From assembly GCA_038496445.1 (NCBI GenBank), contig JALMLS010000216.1:310001-374000 (forward strand): a DNA stretch of 64,000 bases, given 5' to 3'. Under the pieces are notes generated by a model. It saw nothing but the letters and a program-made list of their open reading frames with translations, was not told the origin of the DNA and did no database searches. The stretch comes from Trichosphaerium sp. ATCC 40318 (taxonomy: Eukaryota; Protista; Tubulinea). Made by a program: the position numbers and the translations under genes. Position 1 is the first letter of the stretch. Every line of letters begins with the position of its first letter. Shown here piece after piece: positions 37,770 through 53,136 of this stretch.

Positions 37770-40092
37770 TACGTAACCATGTAAGCCGCATTGTAGGTAA
37801 GTCAACTTACTATAGAAGTAAAATATAAACTAACGCTAGCTTGTGTTTGACCTTTATGTACAACTTTGTAGCAACGTGAGAACTAACCCAGTACAAAAAC
37901 AGGGTTACAAAAAAAAGTAATTCGTTGCTTTGTAATGCCCGCCACTGTTTAATCTCCTTTATTGTCAAAGTTGATAACTCGCATGATGGGCACGGATTCC
38001 TCAGCTTGGCATATAGCCTCATCATTCAATACCAAACAACGCCCTAACACGAAAAAAGTAAGAAAACGTTACCAAAACATACAAATACATAAAACTGCGT
38101 ACCAAGTAATTGCATTCGCACGAATATTTTTAGCGCGCAACAACACAGGAATAATGTAAGAACAACACAAACACCAAGAATACCTATATAGAATCATCAG
38201 CGACATCAATTTTTGATAAAAAACCGCACCTCTTGTCGGTATCACGTGAGAAAAAACGTTTAATGCCTAAATAAAATTAACACCGTTGTGATTATTATGA
38301 TTTCGTACAAGACACACTAGAGGTAGTGGCAAGAATCCTATCCTACGAGAAATTTTGTATGAACTATCCAAGAATCCACTATTGGCGTCTAGCATCTTAG
38401 CGCATAAAATAGTAGCAAATTTGCTATAAATGTTTGCAGCAATACAGTTGAACTTTGTTATGAAGGCATGCTTGATCCAATCCACAATAATTTCAGTCAA
38501 TGAAACCATAAACACTATCCAACCATATTTACTAATTTAAAAAGGTGAGAACGCAAACAACGAGGTGTAGAAAAAAATATGGCCAGAACCAAAAAAAAAA
38601 GAAAAAAAAAGATAGTTGCTACTACGTACTATACATCGTTCATGGTGATGACCCACTGCAATTCGTTAAAATTTTGTAATATTACAATAATCAAGTAAAT
38701 GAATAATTTGAACCTTTCGATCATATCTACAAAAGGAGTTAAACAACAGCTCCAACATCAAAAAGAAAAAAAAGTAAATTCCAAAAAATGCAATTTCCCC
38801 TTTCATCACGCACCACTACATGTTACTTTGTACAATGTCTCCTTTCTGAACGTTTTAAATACCATAGATTTCATTTCGGTAAATTGAGTAAGACACAATA
38901 GAGTAAGCAAAGCAGTATCATGTGAATTGATAGCGACATTTAAGCTTACAACTTGAAAAAATAATAAACACGAATGAATATCTTCAAGGAGTCAAAGGGG
39001 TATTAGCATTTAAAGATTTGTAAAATAAAATACAGTAGTATTACGTATAGAAACACAACAATTTAAAAATAATATACAAAGGATACAGACATATAACAAT
39101 GCCATAAAAAAATAAGAACCAGGCCATAGTCTTCTTATTCCTCTATGTTTTGAACTTCGGCTTTTATGAGCAAACCACATTGAGTCAAATATATCCTGTC
39201 CTATAGATGTACAAAGTCTATCCAATATCTAAAAAGGCGTCAACATATGTCACATGGCAAGAGAAGGTGTAACAAATAACAAAAACAAAATTGTATTGCA
39301 AAAACATCAGAAAATGAACCCGTACATCTATGCATCCAAACAAAGCATATAATTTTATGATAGATTGTCCACGGATCAAATGGTACACCCAAGATACATT
39401 TAACTGATATAAAAGCCTCCAAACGATAAGGAATATAAGTCCAACCTTTATATCATACTCTTGAGAGTTTTGTAATCTCACACTAATTAAAAAAAAAACA
39501 CGTGAGTACTTTACAACAAACTAGCGCGTTTAAAAATCACACTGATAATTTTTCTTGCTTTCTATACTACCTACTACGCACGTACCCTTTAATAAAAAGT
39601 TTTTTAAATAACGTGAATAACCCCTGAAGCATCCGAAGTGGTAAAAATGTAAAAAGGAATAAGAATGCATCAGCGCATATGAGAGCGCCCAAGAAGCATA
39701 GCTGAATCATGTTTTAGTTAATCTGAGTATAATATACGCTTCAAAATCTAAAACGAGGCAATGTGTCATAAAAGTACAAGCCCAATATGGAGTACCTTCT
39801 CTAAGTGCATTGGCACCTGAATAAAGTTAATAACGCGTTCGCGTTTTAACGGGAGCTCTTTGTCTTCCTCAAAATATCCTCCATTGGATATTTCTTCGCG
39901 TATAAAGCTAAAAATGCTAAACTTTGACGGCTCCTTTTTTGTTATTTCAACTTTAGCCGCTAGTACGTGTTACTCACCTACACAGCAATAAAAACAATAC
40001 GTACACTCCAATACGTCACCCGCAGAGTTACTATACTTAATACTATTTACATGTCCCTTTCGGGGGCTCGTACCATCCTTAGACGATCTCAT
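37770..40092 (-). CDS. TAPT1: TAPT1/EMP65 (DUF747) ER membrane protein; 3' end approximate
   Basis: RERVINFIQVPMHLEK, YHLIRGQSIIKLY, LNVAINSH, EIIVDWIKHAFITKFN and SRRIGFLPLPL motifs. Confidence 0.9.
38982..39086 (-). other. U12-type (minor spliceosome) GT-AG intron
   Basis: Donor GTATCCTTT; branch-like CCCCTTTGAC about 11 nt from the AG. Removal restores ...LYV-YIHS.... Confidence 0.85.
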
Positions 40093-40245
40093 GGCACTCT
40101 TGCCTTGTCCTGAGTAAGGTGTGGACACCAGTAATTGTAAATGTATTCTACAAAAATAACACAAACCTTTTTCAACGTTGGTCTTCAACACCACATTTTA
40201 ATTAAAACAAATCTTTTGTCGATTGAGCGTATAGTACCTGTAGCG

Positions 40246-42049
<1,804 letters not shown>

Positions 42050-42390
42050 AAAAGTTTTGAGCGTTAATCTGAATAAAACTTGTCATTGTATTTGTTTGAC
42101 TTTGTAAATTATCGTGAATGTCGCAGCGGTTTTTCACAAATTACCGAGAGCGATTTACTCAAATTGTTGGGCCTAAAAGTAGCTAACTTTGGCAGTGGCT
42201 ACGCTATGGTACTGAAATAAATGCGACATGTGATTCAACTTTTGGATATTTTGTAGAGCTGTATTGGAAAAGTTTTTTACAACTAACTGTTGTCTACGTA
42301 CGTGGTATCACTGGAATCGCCGTTCCAAAAGATTAGTCAGCTGTTTTAAACGAAAAATATAGTATATTTGTTACTGAACGGGCGCAAAAG

Positions 42391-44228
42391 ATGATGGCGG
42401 AGGAACAAACAACAACGCCAAATGAACCGGTGTTGTTAACAACAAAAGTTGCCGCACATTTGAAGACTGACAACGTTGACGCTGTAGTTGATTCGGGAGA
42501 TGAGTCTCTCATAGGTGTTTGTCCTCTGTACGTCAATTAAGAAACTATTGATTCATTGCTAATGACGCTATTAGCGATAAGGACTTACATTTGCTTCCTC
42601 CTCGCTCAGGACATACTTCTACCCTTGTTGATGGCAAACTCTACGTTATCGGAGGATGGAATAACTTTTGGAAAAACCATGGCAGTATCACCATTATTGA
42701 CCTTGGTACGCACTAACAGCGCGTGCCCCTCTGTTTTTAGGAAAACTTTTACTTGAAACCGTTGTTGTTTAAACCAACAAGCCACAACATGATGTGCTTC
42801 GCTAACGTCAGGTTAGAAACCAAAAAGTATGGCATTTACCCAAAATTCATCCCTGCTCTCGAATGGCACACCGCAACGCTAATTGGCAAAAAAATATACG
42901 TCTGTGGTGGCTTTAAACGTGCTTCGAAAACGTATTACAACGCCATGTTTATGTTTGACACTGGTACGCTCGAAACCACTTTTACTATTACCCTGACACG
43001 CCTAGAAACTTGGACACTTCACACAGTAAAAGATTACGAGCCTAAACCGTCTCCAAGAGCAGGTCATACTTGTGTTGAATACCAAGGTCTGATATATTTA
43101 TTCGGCGGTAGAACTCACCCTGGTACACTCATTTAATCGTGACTGAGGATTTTGAACTCTAAATTAATGTTATTAGGTTTGAAGAGCTTTTTTAAGCATT
43201 TTCAATACGACAACGAAATGTGGGTTTTTAATATCAGTACGACTTTATTTTATCGCAAGCACGTGCCTCTAATACCATTTTTTTTTTAGTGAGACATACC
43301 TGGACAAAACTTGAGCCGGATGGTCAAGCACCACCTGCAAGGGCTTTTCATTCTGCCACAGTAGTTGGTAACAAGATGTATGTATTCGGTGGCAAAAACA
43401 ACAAGAGCTGCTTCTGCGATTTACACGCTTATAATTTTGGTATGAACGAACATAGCTATAATTTAATACTAAATATGAGGTAGACGATAACACATGGGAG
43501 TGTTATATATCACCAAAGAACATTCCACCAGAGCCTAGGCAAGCTTCGGGTTTTTTTTGTTTTGTGAAGCTGACTTTTATTAGACATGCGCATACTGCTA
43601 CCTTACTGGATGACCATCGTATCTTAATTGTTGGTGGTAAAGGTAATCGTGTGTTACACTCTATTTACGCATTACATCTTGGTACGGCCAACACCAAAGT
43701 GGTATTGGACAGTTCTTCTTACCTTTATTATTAGCAAAATCTGAGGATGAGCAAATGGTATGGAATGAGTATATCATTGTTAATGCATCCGGGATCAAGA
43801 CATGGGGACACAGTACTAATCTTGAGAAAGACTCTGGTATGTTGCATATCTTTGGAGGTCAAGATACGAATCATAGAGATTTCTACACCTTAGGCTTGGG
43901 TATGTTCTTTGTTTTTCTTGATTGGCTTTATGTTGACTTATTCTGTATAGACTGGCTTGTAGAAGCACCTGAGGATGATTTATTAGATGGGTTCCATCTT
44001 TCAAGTGAGACAAAGAATGCTATGGAGGCTATGGTTGCGCGCATACGCTCAGTAGAGACAAAATGTCAACTACAACTTGACCAGCAAAATAAGCGCATAT
44101 TAGAATTACAAACTGAAGTATCAACACTAAAAGCGAAGCTTAATGACAAAGACACAAAAGATAATTCAGTTGTACCTGCACAAGAAGAAAATCCATCTCC
44201 ACAAGAAGAGCCGGAAGCTCAACAATAA
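42391..44228 (+). CDS. Kelch-repeat protein with C-terminal coiled coil
   Basis: Repeated PRxGH/PRAGH...YxFGG...W blades; coiled-coil tail [22 protein letters not shown]. Confidence 0.9.
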
Positions 44229-44440
44229 GCCACTTAGTAATAATAAAAAAACCCTGCAAATACACACGTGATTAACGTTTTACCACGTGTACTTGAAGTG
44301 CAACACTTAGTTTTTCTCAACGCCACAATAATTGTAGAAAGAGTTGCAAGTGTCTAAATCCACAATATTGTCATTTTAAGGTCGTTGACTTTGTGAACGC
44401 ACGTTTTAGTAATACTGTAAGTTTAGTCCGTTATATCCAC

Positions 44441-45539
44441 ATGCTTTATGCAAGGGCACTCTCTGCTCCTTTGTATGTAGGGCGATTGGGTGTGAGAGCT
44501 TGTACAAAACGCAATACGCCTACAAACCGTAACAAACGCCACCGATTGGCTATTCGCATTGGGAATAATAGTTTTTCAACATGTACGAGGTCATTTTCTG
44601 TATAGTTCCATGTCATCACCTATAACGCTGAAGTTAGCCGCAATACACGCGTATAAACACAAGCCACTGTATCCTGGTCACGTTCCAACGAACTTATTTC
44701 AAAAAGCGCTAATTGCTACAGGATCAGCTGTTGTTGCGCTTGCTGATCCACACAGAGGCGATTTAGTGGCCTCACTAGGTATAATTTCTAAACGTCAAAC
44801 ACTGTTGTTAAAAAATAACTTAAGGTGACTCTACTGGCTATCCAGCTCTTCAGGTTATGTATAATAAGATGAAATCAGACCCAGTTGGACAGAAAATACT
44901 TGATGAAAAACCACGCATTCGATTGGATGACAAAGAGTTAGAACATTTAAGAACACTAGAAGATGGTACTTTTGGTAAGGAATATGTAAAGTGGCTTGAT
45001 GAACGTGGGTTTAACCCAAACGAAAGGTAAAGAAACATTGATTCATTTTTTTGTTGTCGATTTTCAAGCCTTACATTTTCTATGACAAAGGCCTGTTGTA
45101 AGATTTGTGGATTCTGTAGAACTAAGCTATGTTATGCAACGATACAGAGAAGTTCATGATTTTTGGCACGTGCTGACAGGTACAACCATTCACAAACTTC
45201 TTTGTTCGGCTTTTGACAATCCATAGATTTACAAACTGATGTAGAAGGCGAAGTAGCCTTGAAATGGCTTGAAATGCTTCAAACAGGTAGTTTTGTGGTT
45301 TGTTAGTATGTCTACATGCTAATACGTGTCTAGGACTTCCGTCATGTGCACTTAGTGCGTTTGTAGGCCCACTAAGATTATCTCCATCTGTATGGCATAA
45401 ACTTGCAACAGAGTACATACCTTGGGCTATAAAATGCAACAACACAGCTACATTCTTAATGAACGTCGACTATGAAGCACATTATAATACACCACTTGAA
45501 GAATTCAGATGTCAACTTGGGATAGAGCCTTACAGATAA
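44441..45539 (+). CDS. COQ4: Ubiquinone biosynthesis protein COQ4; start uncertain
   Basis: [42 protein letters not shown] and [18 protein letters not shown] motifs. Confidence 0.95.
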
Positions 45540-46145
45540 CCTCAAAAAACCCCACCAAGCTCAATCTCCCAATTAAATGAACTATCCTTTAATTAACACG
45601 TGTGATTGGCGTGTATTGTATAAAAATGCGACTGGAAAAGAAACACATTCCATAAAACAGTATGTAAATGCCATCCCATTTACGTTCCTGCACCAGAGTT
45701 TGACATAAATCTGTAACTATTCCTTTCTCAACAAAAAAAAACTGTCAAAAAAAGACATGTGCAATGAGACCGTAGGGTTGTACTACAATTTTGAAAAAAA
45801 AAATGAAAGGGATAAAGCTGTTGCTGGTTTCCTTTACTTGAAAAAAAAAACTGAAGCGTTAACTTGACCTGACTCGACAATATTAATAAACACTAACATG
45901 TTTTTATTTAACGCGTTGGTGACAAAATTTTTTTTGTAGTGTCATCATACATGATACAAAAAACCAGATACACTGACAATCTTATAGACATCTATTTTAC
46001 ACAGAGTCGTAAAAAGTGCGACATAAATATAAGACGTAGATTGAACTTTTTTGTACAGTTTTCTGGTAGGATTGTTACATCATGTCACAACGACAGATTA
46101 AATTTCTTTTTGGCTTTGGATACGCTACAGCAGTACTAGATTCAT

Positions 46146-47540
46146 TTACTTAAAATAATTGTCAAGCAAGGAACTGATGACGCCATGCATAACATTTGCC
46201 TCATTGGTATATTTACAATCTCACTTCTTTCTAAGCAAGAACTTTACAGAATTTACAAGACCATCAATGATAAACGAGAACGAGCGTTCAAAGAGTGATG
46301 CATGGCGTGCTGCGGGAGCATTGCAATTGTATCAATAGTATACGAGAAAGAGGTACAAGGAGTAGTACATATATTGCCAATTGTAGAGTATTACCGTTAA
46401 AAAAAATGGTAATGCAAGAGACAATGTAACACGAACCTTATTTACATTTCTAAGTTCTGTTTTATTAATTTCAATAAATCATGTACAGGTGTAGATTGTA
46501 CTAAAAGTGTATGGTATGCTGTTATAGGTGGTTGACAATTAGCCAACTGGTTTATACAAATATCAAGCATCTCCTAAATCCAAACATGAGAAAAGAAAAC
46601 TTTTGAACATAAACATGTGAAAAAAAATAACAAACCTGGACATCTATTTGACCAACAACAGCTAAATCGCCCACACCAGGTTTATAGAATGTACTACTAC
46701 CAATCAATGTAGTAACATCATCACGTCTTTTCTGTGATGCCTCAGGCCATACTTTATAATCAGATATTGAAAACTCTGCATCTTTTAGCTCTGATAAAGT
46801 TGGATCGAACCTGAACCTCAGTATCCACTCTAAATATACAATTAAACATTGTCTAACACACAAGCCCTTTTTCATACCAAAATCGAATCCAGTCCCTTGC
46901 TCACGTCTACGGTGTACAACATGGAGTGACTTTATAATTTTCGCTTTTCCAACACGTGCGTTTTGCCTTGCAGTTGTTCCATAGTCTACGACTATTTTAA
47001 CGCGCCATGTACCCTTTTTGGCTCTGAATGGCAGTGTGTCAGATATTTTATCTTTTAACATGTTCATAGCAGGTTGTAAGATATCCTCAGATATCAACTT
47101 AATCACCTACAGTAACAGAATAAGAACGGAAGATATTTTGAAAAACCTTGTCTTGTACGTTTGCCAGGCCTGAAGCTCTTGGTATTGCTGCATTAAAAAA
47201 TGCTTTGGTTTGTACTTCTACATCTTTTTGATTTATTGACAAGTACTTGTCAAGTGCAGCAGCTACAGTTGGCACTAATTTAGGTTCTAAAATTTGTGCC
47301 AAAACCTGTAAGATATCATGTGTATTTTTACGACTATTTTCCTTTTCTAGAGGGCATAACTGTACATAGTTAGTTTAGTACAATTACTGTAATTAATGGT
47401 TACTACGTGTTTGAAAAAACAACGTTGAAATAAACGAAAGGCATTTTTCAATCCAATAAACTTGTTACATGTTCCGGAAATAGAAAAAAAAAGAAGAAAA
47501 AAAAGCAAAGTTAGCTTACCGTTTTGCCGTATTCATCCAT
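46146..47540 (-). CDS. Hypothetical protein resembling the amoebozoan GlfB-like C-terminal domain
   Basis: Exons KLISEDILQPAMNMLK...LPFRAKKGTWRVKI...VVHRRREQ...FEWILRFRFD; family assignment from recall only. Confidence 0.55.
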
Positions 47541-48058
47541 GATAATTAACTCATTTGATAAACTTGGGAGATATTTATGAACCTTTAAATCAAGCAGAGT
47601 TTGGTCCCAAATATGTTTATAGGGAAACGCAGAAACAAGGTAAGGCTGAAAAAGTGCTATACATTGAGTCTTCATCTTTGCATCCATGTTTTCGGCACAC
47701 GCAAAGTCAATAATGTTGAACTCAGCTTTAAATTGATTACCGAGTCTAAGACAAGTTATTTAGTGATATGGATGAAACAGCAAATAAAGATAAAAATGTT
47801 TTTGTGGAGGAGAACAACAGAAACATGAAAAAAAAGAAAGAAGAAAATGGTACTAACTTAATACAAAGAGTCCATTCAAAGCTGAAGTACTCATCCGGTT
47901 CAAAACTATGTGTCTGCTCTTTCTTTCTGTGTATTATAGATACAGACTTAAAATCTAACTCAACACGGACTGTCCACGTGCCCTAAATCAGAAACAACGA
48001 AGTTATTACCAAGCATAAAAGATTGAAGAAAATCTCAGAGTTTTCACAAACCTTCATA

Positions 48059-48929
48059 TCACGATAAGGAAATACTGGGTATATCCGCCCACGTAATGCA
48101 CGAATTGCTGGATATACTATTTCCTATAATATCAGGTCACACATAAGGTCACTAGAAACATCATCTGGCGTACTTGCTGAATAGCTTTGATTACACCAAT
48201 ACATTTCCAATTTTCGTCAATCTCACTTGTTTTAAGGAAAGTAAGGATTTGTTCGCCTAAATCTCCTTCGCCTGAAACGTGACTTGCATATCCTTCTTTG
48301 ATTAGCTTGACTGCCTAAAAACAAAACAGTAAGAAATAAAATGCTTTTTCTTTTTTTTGGTAATAATGGACCAAATCTTTACCTCACGGCCGTCTAGCTC
48401 TCTTGCTAAGGTTATAAGGATGTCCTTTACGATCTCGTGACGCGGGTAGCCCCTATCTTGGTACAACTAATGTGCAATATGAGCAATAAATGCGATTAAT
48501 TTAAATCCTGTTTCTTCGGTTTTTGTACAGCGTTACGTACCATTTCACCGCGTCGGATATCGTATATCTCAAAACCACGAGCAAGTCTACCAATATCTTT
48601 ATGTACTGGCATTTTCAACAAGTCTCTATTCCATCGTTTTAGTACTTCCCTAGTGAATCCTTTACCCTATGCCTTGTTTTAGCGACTCAGTTCTGAAAAG
48701 GGCATAACAAACGACCTTATTCGCCATTGTCACGCTAACGTTTTTTGCTCCAGTAGTGAGTGGTCGCTTTACAGTGTGCCTCTTTTGCTGTATTGCCGTT
48801 TCTGACTTGGACCTAAGTTGTTGTAAAATTAACGTGCTGTATTTCACTATATTTACTTGTGTCAAGGTATGAGTAAGCAACGTACCGTGTCTTGCCTTGT
48901 CTGTAAGTATTCTCAGGAGATTTTCTCAT
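48059..48929 (-). CDS. Hypothetical protein, multi-exon
   Basis: Open spliced frame ...GFTREVLKRWNRDLLKMP...LYQDRGYPRHEIVKDIL...AVKLIKEGY...SISLS*. No recognised domain. Confidence 0.55.
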
Positions 48930-49066
48930 TTATGATAGTATACTGCACGGTAATGGATAACCAATACTTTATGACCAATTCAATTGGGTTGTATTTAGTA
49001 AAAAGTAAAATGAATTTTTTCACGCAAATTATCTTTCGCAGTTGACCAGAAAACAGACAAACAACT

Positions 49067-50862
49067 ATGGGAGCCCTCTGGTATACACCCAATGGGTTCC
49101 TTGACAACATGAAACTGGGAGGTGGTGAAGTTCTCACCCATTTTAACACAGATTTACAGAGCCTTAATTTCCAGTTCGAATTCTTGCCTAAGAACAGCCC
49201 AGTTAATGTTTTAATGAATCCAATGGAAAATCTATGTAACACTTCAGGTCACAGAAAGTTTGCTAGCGAAATTCGGACTATGTGGTACGCTGGTATGCAT
49301 ATTACGCGTAGTTATCCTGTTTTACGTTTTTATTGTCAATTTTCTGCATACTACGCTTTTCATGCTCTAAAGTAACCCGACGCGTAAGGTTGAAGAGAAA
49401 CGGCAAGAATGACAGCTGGACAAAATTATCTTCAGAACGGTACGTTCCACCGTCAGTACCTATCTAGCATCGCCCTGACGTATAACAAAGGACATATACG
49501 CCTAACGCTACTGACATTGGAGCCACCATAAAATTTCTCGTTTATATTCCCGATACGAGGTACCCTCCACTGCTATTAGCTAAATCAACTAAAACAAAAG
49601 TAAATAGTCGATCATTTGAACAGCAATTCCGGATTCAGAAACCAAAAACTGGCTCGTCCTTGCGCCGCTTCATCCCACGACCTAACGACAATGATGATGT
49701 TGTAATGGCAGACAACGAGCTTTCTATTATGACATATAACGTACTAGCCGATTATTACGCTCAAAAGAGTACAGCAAAAACAGACTGGCGAATCAAAAAG
49801 TAAGTGGTTGATTTTTTCTCTTTGAATTCAAAAATAAATTTGTAAGTTATCTATTCTTTATTAAACTATTAATGTGTAGAGAGTTTCGTCGCCCAAAGAT
49901 TATAAAAGAACTCCAACATTACAATGCAGATATTATATGCCTACAGGAAGTGGAAGATGACTTTCACAGGGACGTGTTAGTGTCTTTGAAACAGGTAATA
50001 GTTTTGTTTTGTTGCAGTAAAACCAAGAATTTACTTTTTGTTTAGACTCATGATGGAGAAATACGACTTCGCCGTAGTGGTACATGTGGAGTATCTACGT
50101 ATTGGAATAAGGAAAAGTACACAATTAATCACGTGATCAACCATATATTTAACATTGTTTTAGATATAATCTACTAAAACGTGTTGAACTCAATTTCAAC
50201 GGTGTTTTGGGTCTTTTAAATGATGTATGGAAAGGAGGACATGAAAATTACTGTTACTATAATATGAGCGATATACTACTATTCGAAACAATTCCTACAG
50301 GAGACAATGAACCTGTATCTTTTTGGGTTTTAAACTGTCACACTGGAGCACTTCATGATGTTCAAACTGTACAAATTTATTACGCTGTGAAGCGGCTTTT
50401 GGAATGCTGTGAAGAACATCCTAGCCCTGTTATACTTGTTGGTGATTTCAATGCAACTTCAGATTCTGATGCATACGAGTACGTTCTAATACTAAGTCAT
50501 AGTAGAAATTGTTTACAAAAATGTCACGTTAGGTTTTTGGCCTCAGGAGAGATTGGTGAAGATAGAGAACCTGTTTTTGCTGAAATCATTGAGTACGAAC
50601 ATCCATTAAGTCTTGTAAGCGCCTATGCGTTCAAGAGGGAACCCATAACGTTTCCAAATTCAAAGAGTATGTACCTGTTATGGTTAACTTCGTTAATGTT
50701 TACGTAGATTGTTTTGATTATATTTGGTATGACTCTACTAAATTTCACGCACAACAAGTGCTTGCACCAATAAGTGTAAGAGCTTTAAAAAAATTTAAAC
50801 GATTTCCCAACGAAGTTTACCCTTCAGATCATGTGCCAATAATTGCAAAATTAGTGTTTTAA
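49067..50862 (+). CDS. EEP-superfamily CCR4/nocturnin/angel-like phosphodiesterase
   Basis: SIMTYNVLA, ADIICLQEV, VLNCH, ILVGDFN, DCFDYIWY and PNEVYPSDHVPI motifs. Confidence 0.9.
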
Positions 50863-50939
50863 ATAAAAGAAGTTGTACAAGCTGTTGCAGTTGAGAGTGT
50901 CGCAATTAAGACTACATAATGTTAAAGCAAAAGGTTATT

Positions 50940-51021
50940 CGACACGAGCAGGATTTGAACCTGCGCGGGCAGAGCCCAATAGATTTCTAGTCTATCTCCT
51001 TAACCACTCGGACATCGTGTC
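50940..51021 (-). tRNA. tRNA-Ser(AGA)
   Basis: GACACGATGTCCGAGTGGTTAAGGAGATAGACTAGAAATCTATTGGGCTCTGCCCGCGCAGGTTCAAATCCTGCTCGTGTCG: 82 nt cloverleaf, AGA anticodon, long variable arm, G73. Confidence 0.97.
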
Positions 51022-53136
51022 ATTTGTTGACATTTTAAGCAAAATATCGCCTACCAATCTAGTTTACAAACACACATACACCAAAACTTCCTACGTGGTG
51101 GGACGAAACTCACTTTATACTGTCGCTTATTTAACATTTACAGCTACTGTAGGTCTCAATAAAGCATGTATTAGTTTATACGTACGAAAATTAACCTTAA
51201 ACGCATTGCGTTGGCTCAGCAAACCCTGGTATGGCTAGTTCGCTTTAACAAACACGGCAAGCTCTTCGCGGTTGTTAATTTTTCGTCCCAACGTCACTTG
51301 TGCTCATTATGCTGTATGCCCTCGCGATATGCATTACTAGATTTGACCGAAAAATAATACCGCTTGTACAAGTTTAATGACAAGAGAACCTTACCAGTAA
51401 CAAGCACGTGTACAGTTGCATTTAGTATAACAGAGCTTATACGTCCATGAGATAGCTTGTATATTCTAGCAGGTGCTTACTTCTTTAAGGCTGAGTCTAG
51501 TATCGTTGCTTTGTTTAGTGCGTACGTCCAGAATTTATGTAAGTGGCGTATCTCAGCTTGGTTAACCTTCAACAAAGACTTACGCTTGCATGTAATAATG
51601 GTGTAGCCACGTGCATCAAAAGTGATTACAGGCACAATTGGCGTGCTTAAAACCTTACTACATAGGGAGTCCTTTGTTGGGTTATTCAAAGTCAAGCAAG
51701 TCAAATCTGTAAAACAAATATCGGATCTAAGAACCCACAACCAATTGCATATGTATTTCAAAAAACCTATTGGACAACCACTGTGCAACTATTGACACCA
51801 AGCTTCATTCTTAGGTTCCTGTTTGTTTTGTTTAATGGCAATGAATAGTAAGTATTGCGTATCTTCAAGTTAAACGTTTACATAACTATTGCAGGCATTC
51901 ACTTTAAAATTTGTTTGACCTACAAACCAAGCAGCTGCAACAGCATAATTATGTAAATGTTCAACTTGAAGGATACGCAATAAATAGCGTAAACTATTAA
52001 CACGTTTTTTCCAATAAAATTCTTATTGCGCTTACTGTAGTAATACGACCTCGTTCGTCACCCAAAATTACGGCATAGCAAACGCTTTGGGTTCTCCTAG
52101 ACTGTAATTATTATTAACACTCGTAGGCTGTTACCTTTTCCAATTATTCAGTAACTTACAAGGGAATTACTCTCAACCCATGCAAAATGGACTGTCCAAG
52201 TAATCTATCAATATAAGTTTAGCTCAAGCGAGCACCACCTATACTGAGCGCCTATGGTATGCATCATCAGTAGAACATTTCCACTTTTATTGAAATTGTA
52301 ACGGTTTTTCATGGCAGATTCCGACGAACCATCGCTGCGAACAAACAAGTTGGATTGAATAAAGCGAAGGACGTCATTTGTAAACAGCAACCAGAAAATT
52401 GCAACAAATGTGAAGTTCGACACCCTATTCGGGAGTTTGAATAAAACTTTTTTTTTTTGCGTACTTCGCCAACTACGTTGACGCCTTCTTAGGACCAGGC
52501 AAACATCAAATGTGTAAATTTCTCGTTGAACTGAAAGTTTAAAAAAGGTTTTTCGCGTACACAATTTACACGCGAAATGACGTCATGGTATATGTGACAA
52601 CGCTAGAAGGTGTGTTTTCGATACAACGTTTTCAGTCTTTGTCGATGAAGTTTGGGTTTTTCTGATGTTCCAAAATGTGAGGTAAACGCACCAACAGAGT
52701 CCTCACTATAACACCGTAGCGTTGGTGTCAACGCAATGACGTTATTTTTCTTGCTTCTTACGTTAGCAAAACAGGAAAGACGATTGTTACTAAAACTAAA
52801 ACCACCGTGGTTTATATCTACTCCTAACATAGCCATCAATACCTGAGGGAGAAACGAAAAGTTTTGGGTTCTTTAGGCGATTTTGTGGTTTACGCTTAAA
52901 CATAGCCTACAGTGAGGAAACGTACATATTCTACTAAACTATGCACTCAAACTGCGGGAGACTACTTTTTTGGTTTCCTTTTCCTATTTGGTGGCTTGTA
53001 ACAAAACAACCCAAGCATTAATATGTTTTGTGTACAGACCCATTTGACCTCCCGCATCGTAAAAATTAATAATAATTCAACATAAATTCAACCCACAAAA
53101 CCTATCGAAAGCTCTTCCTGCAGGTTTTAATACACA

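Noticed and set aside
51100-53050. Possible minus-strand gene or pseudogene (ORFs 51477-51788, 52208-52564, 52603-52839)
   Set aside because: No recognisable motif and no coherent splice model. A small hairpin and the ATGACGTCAT palindrome near 52550-52586 are too weak to call.
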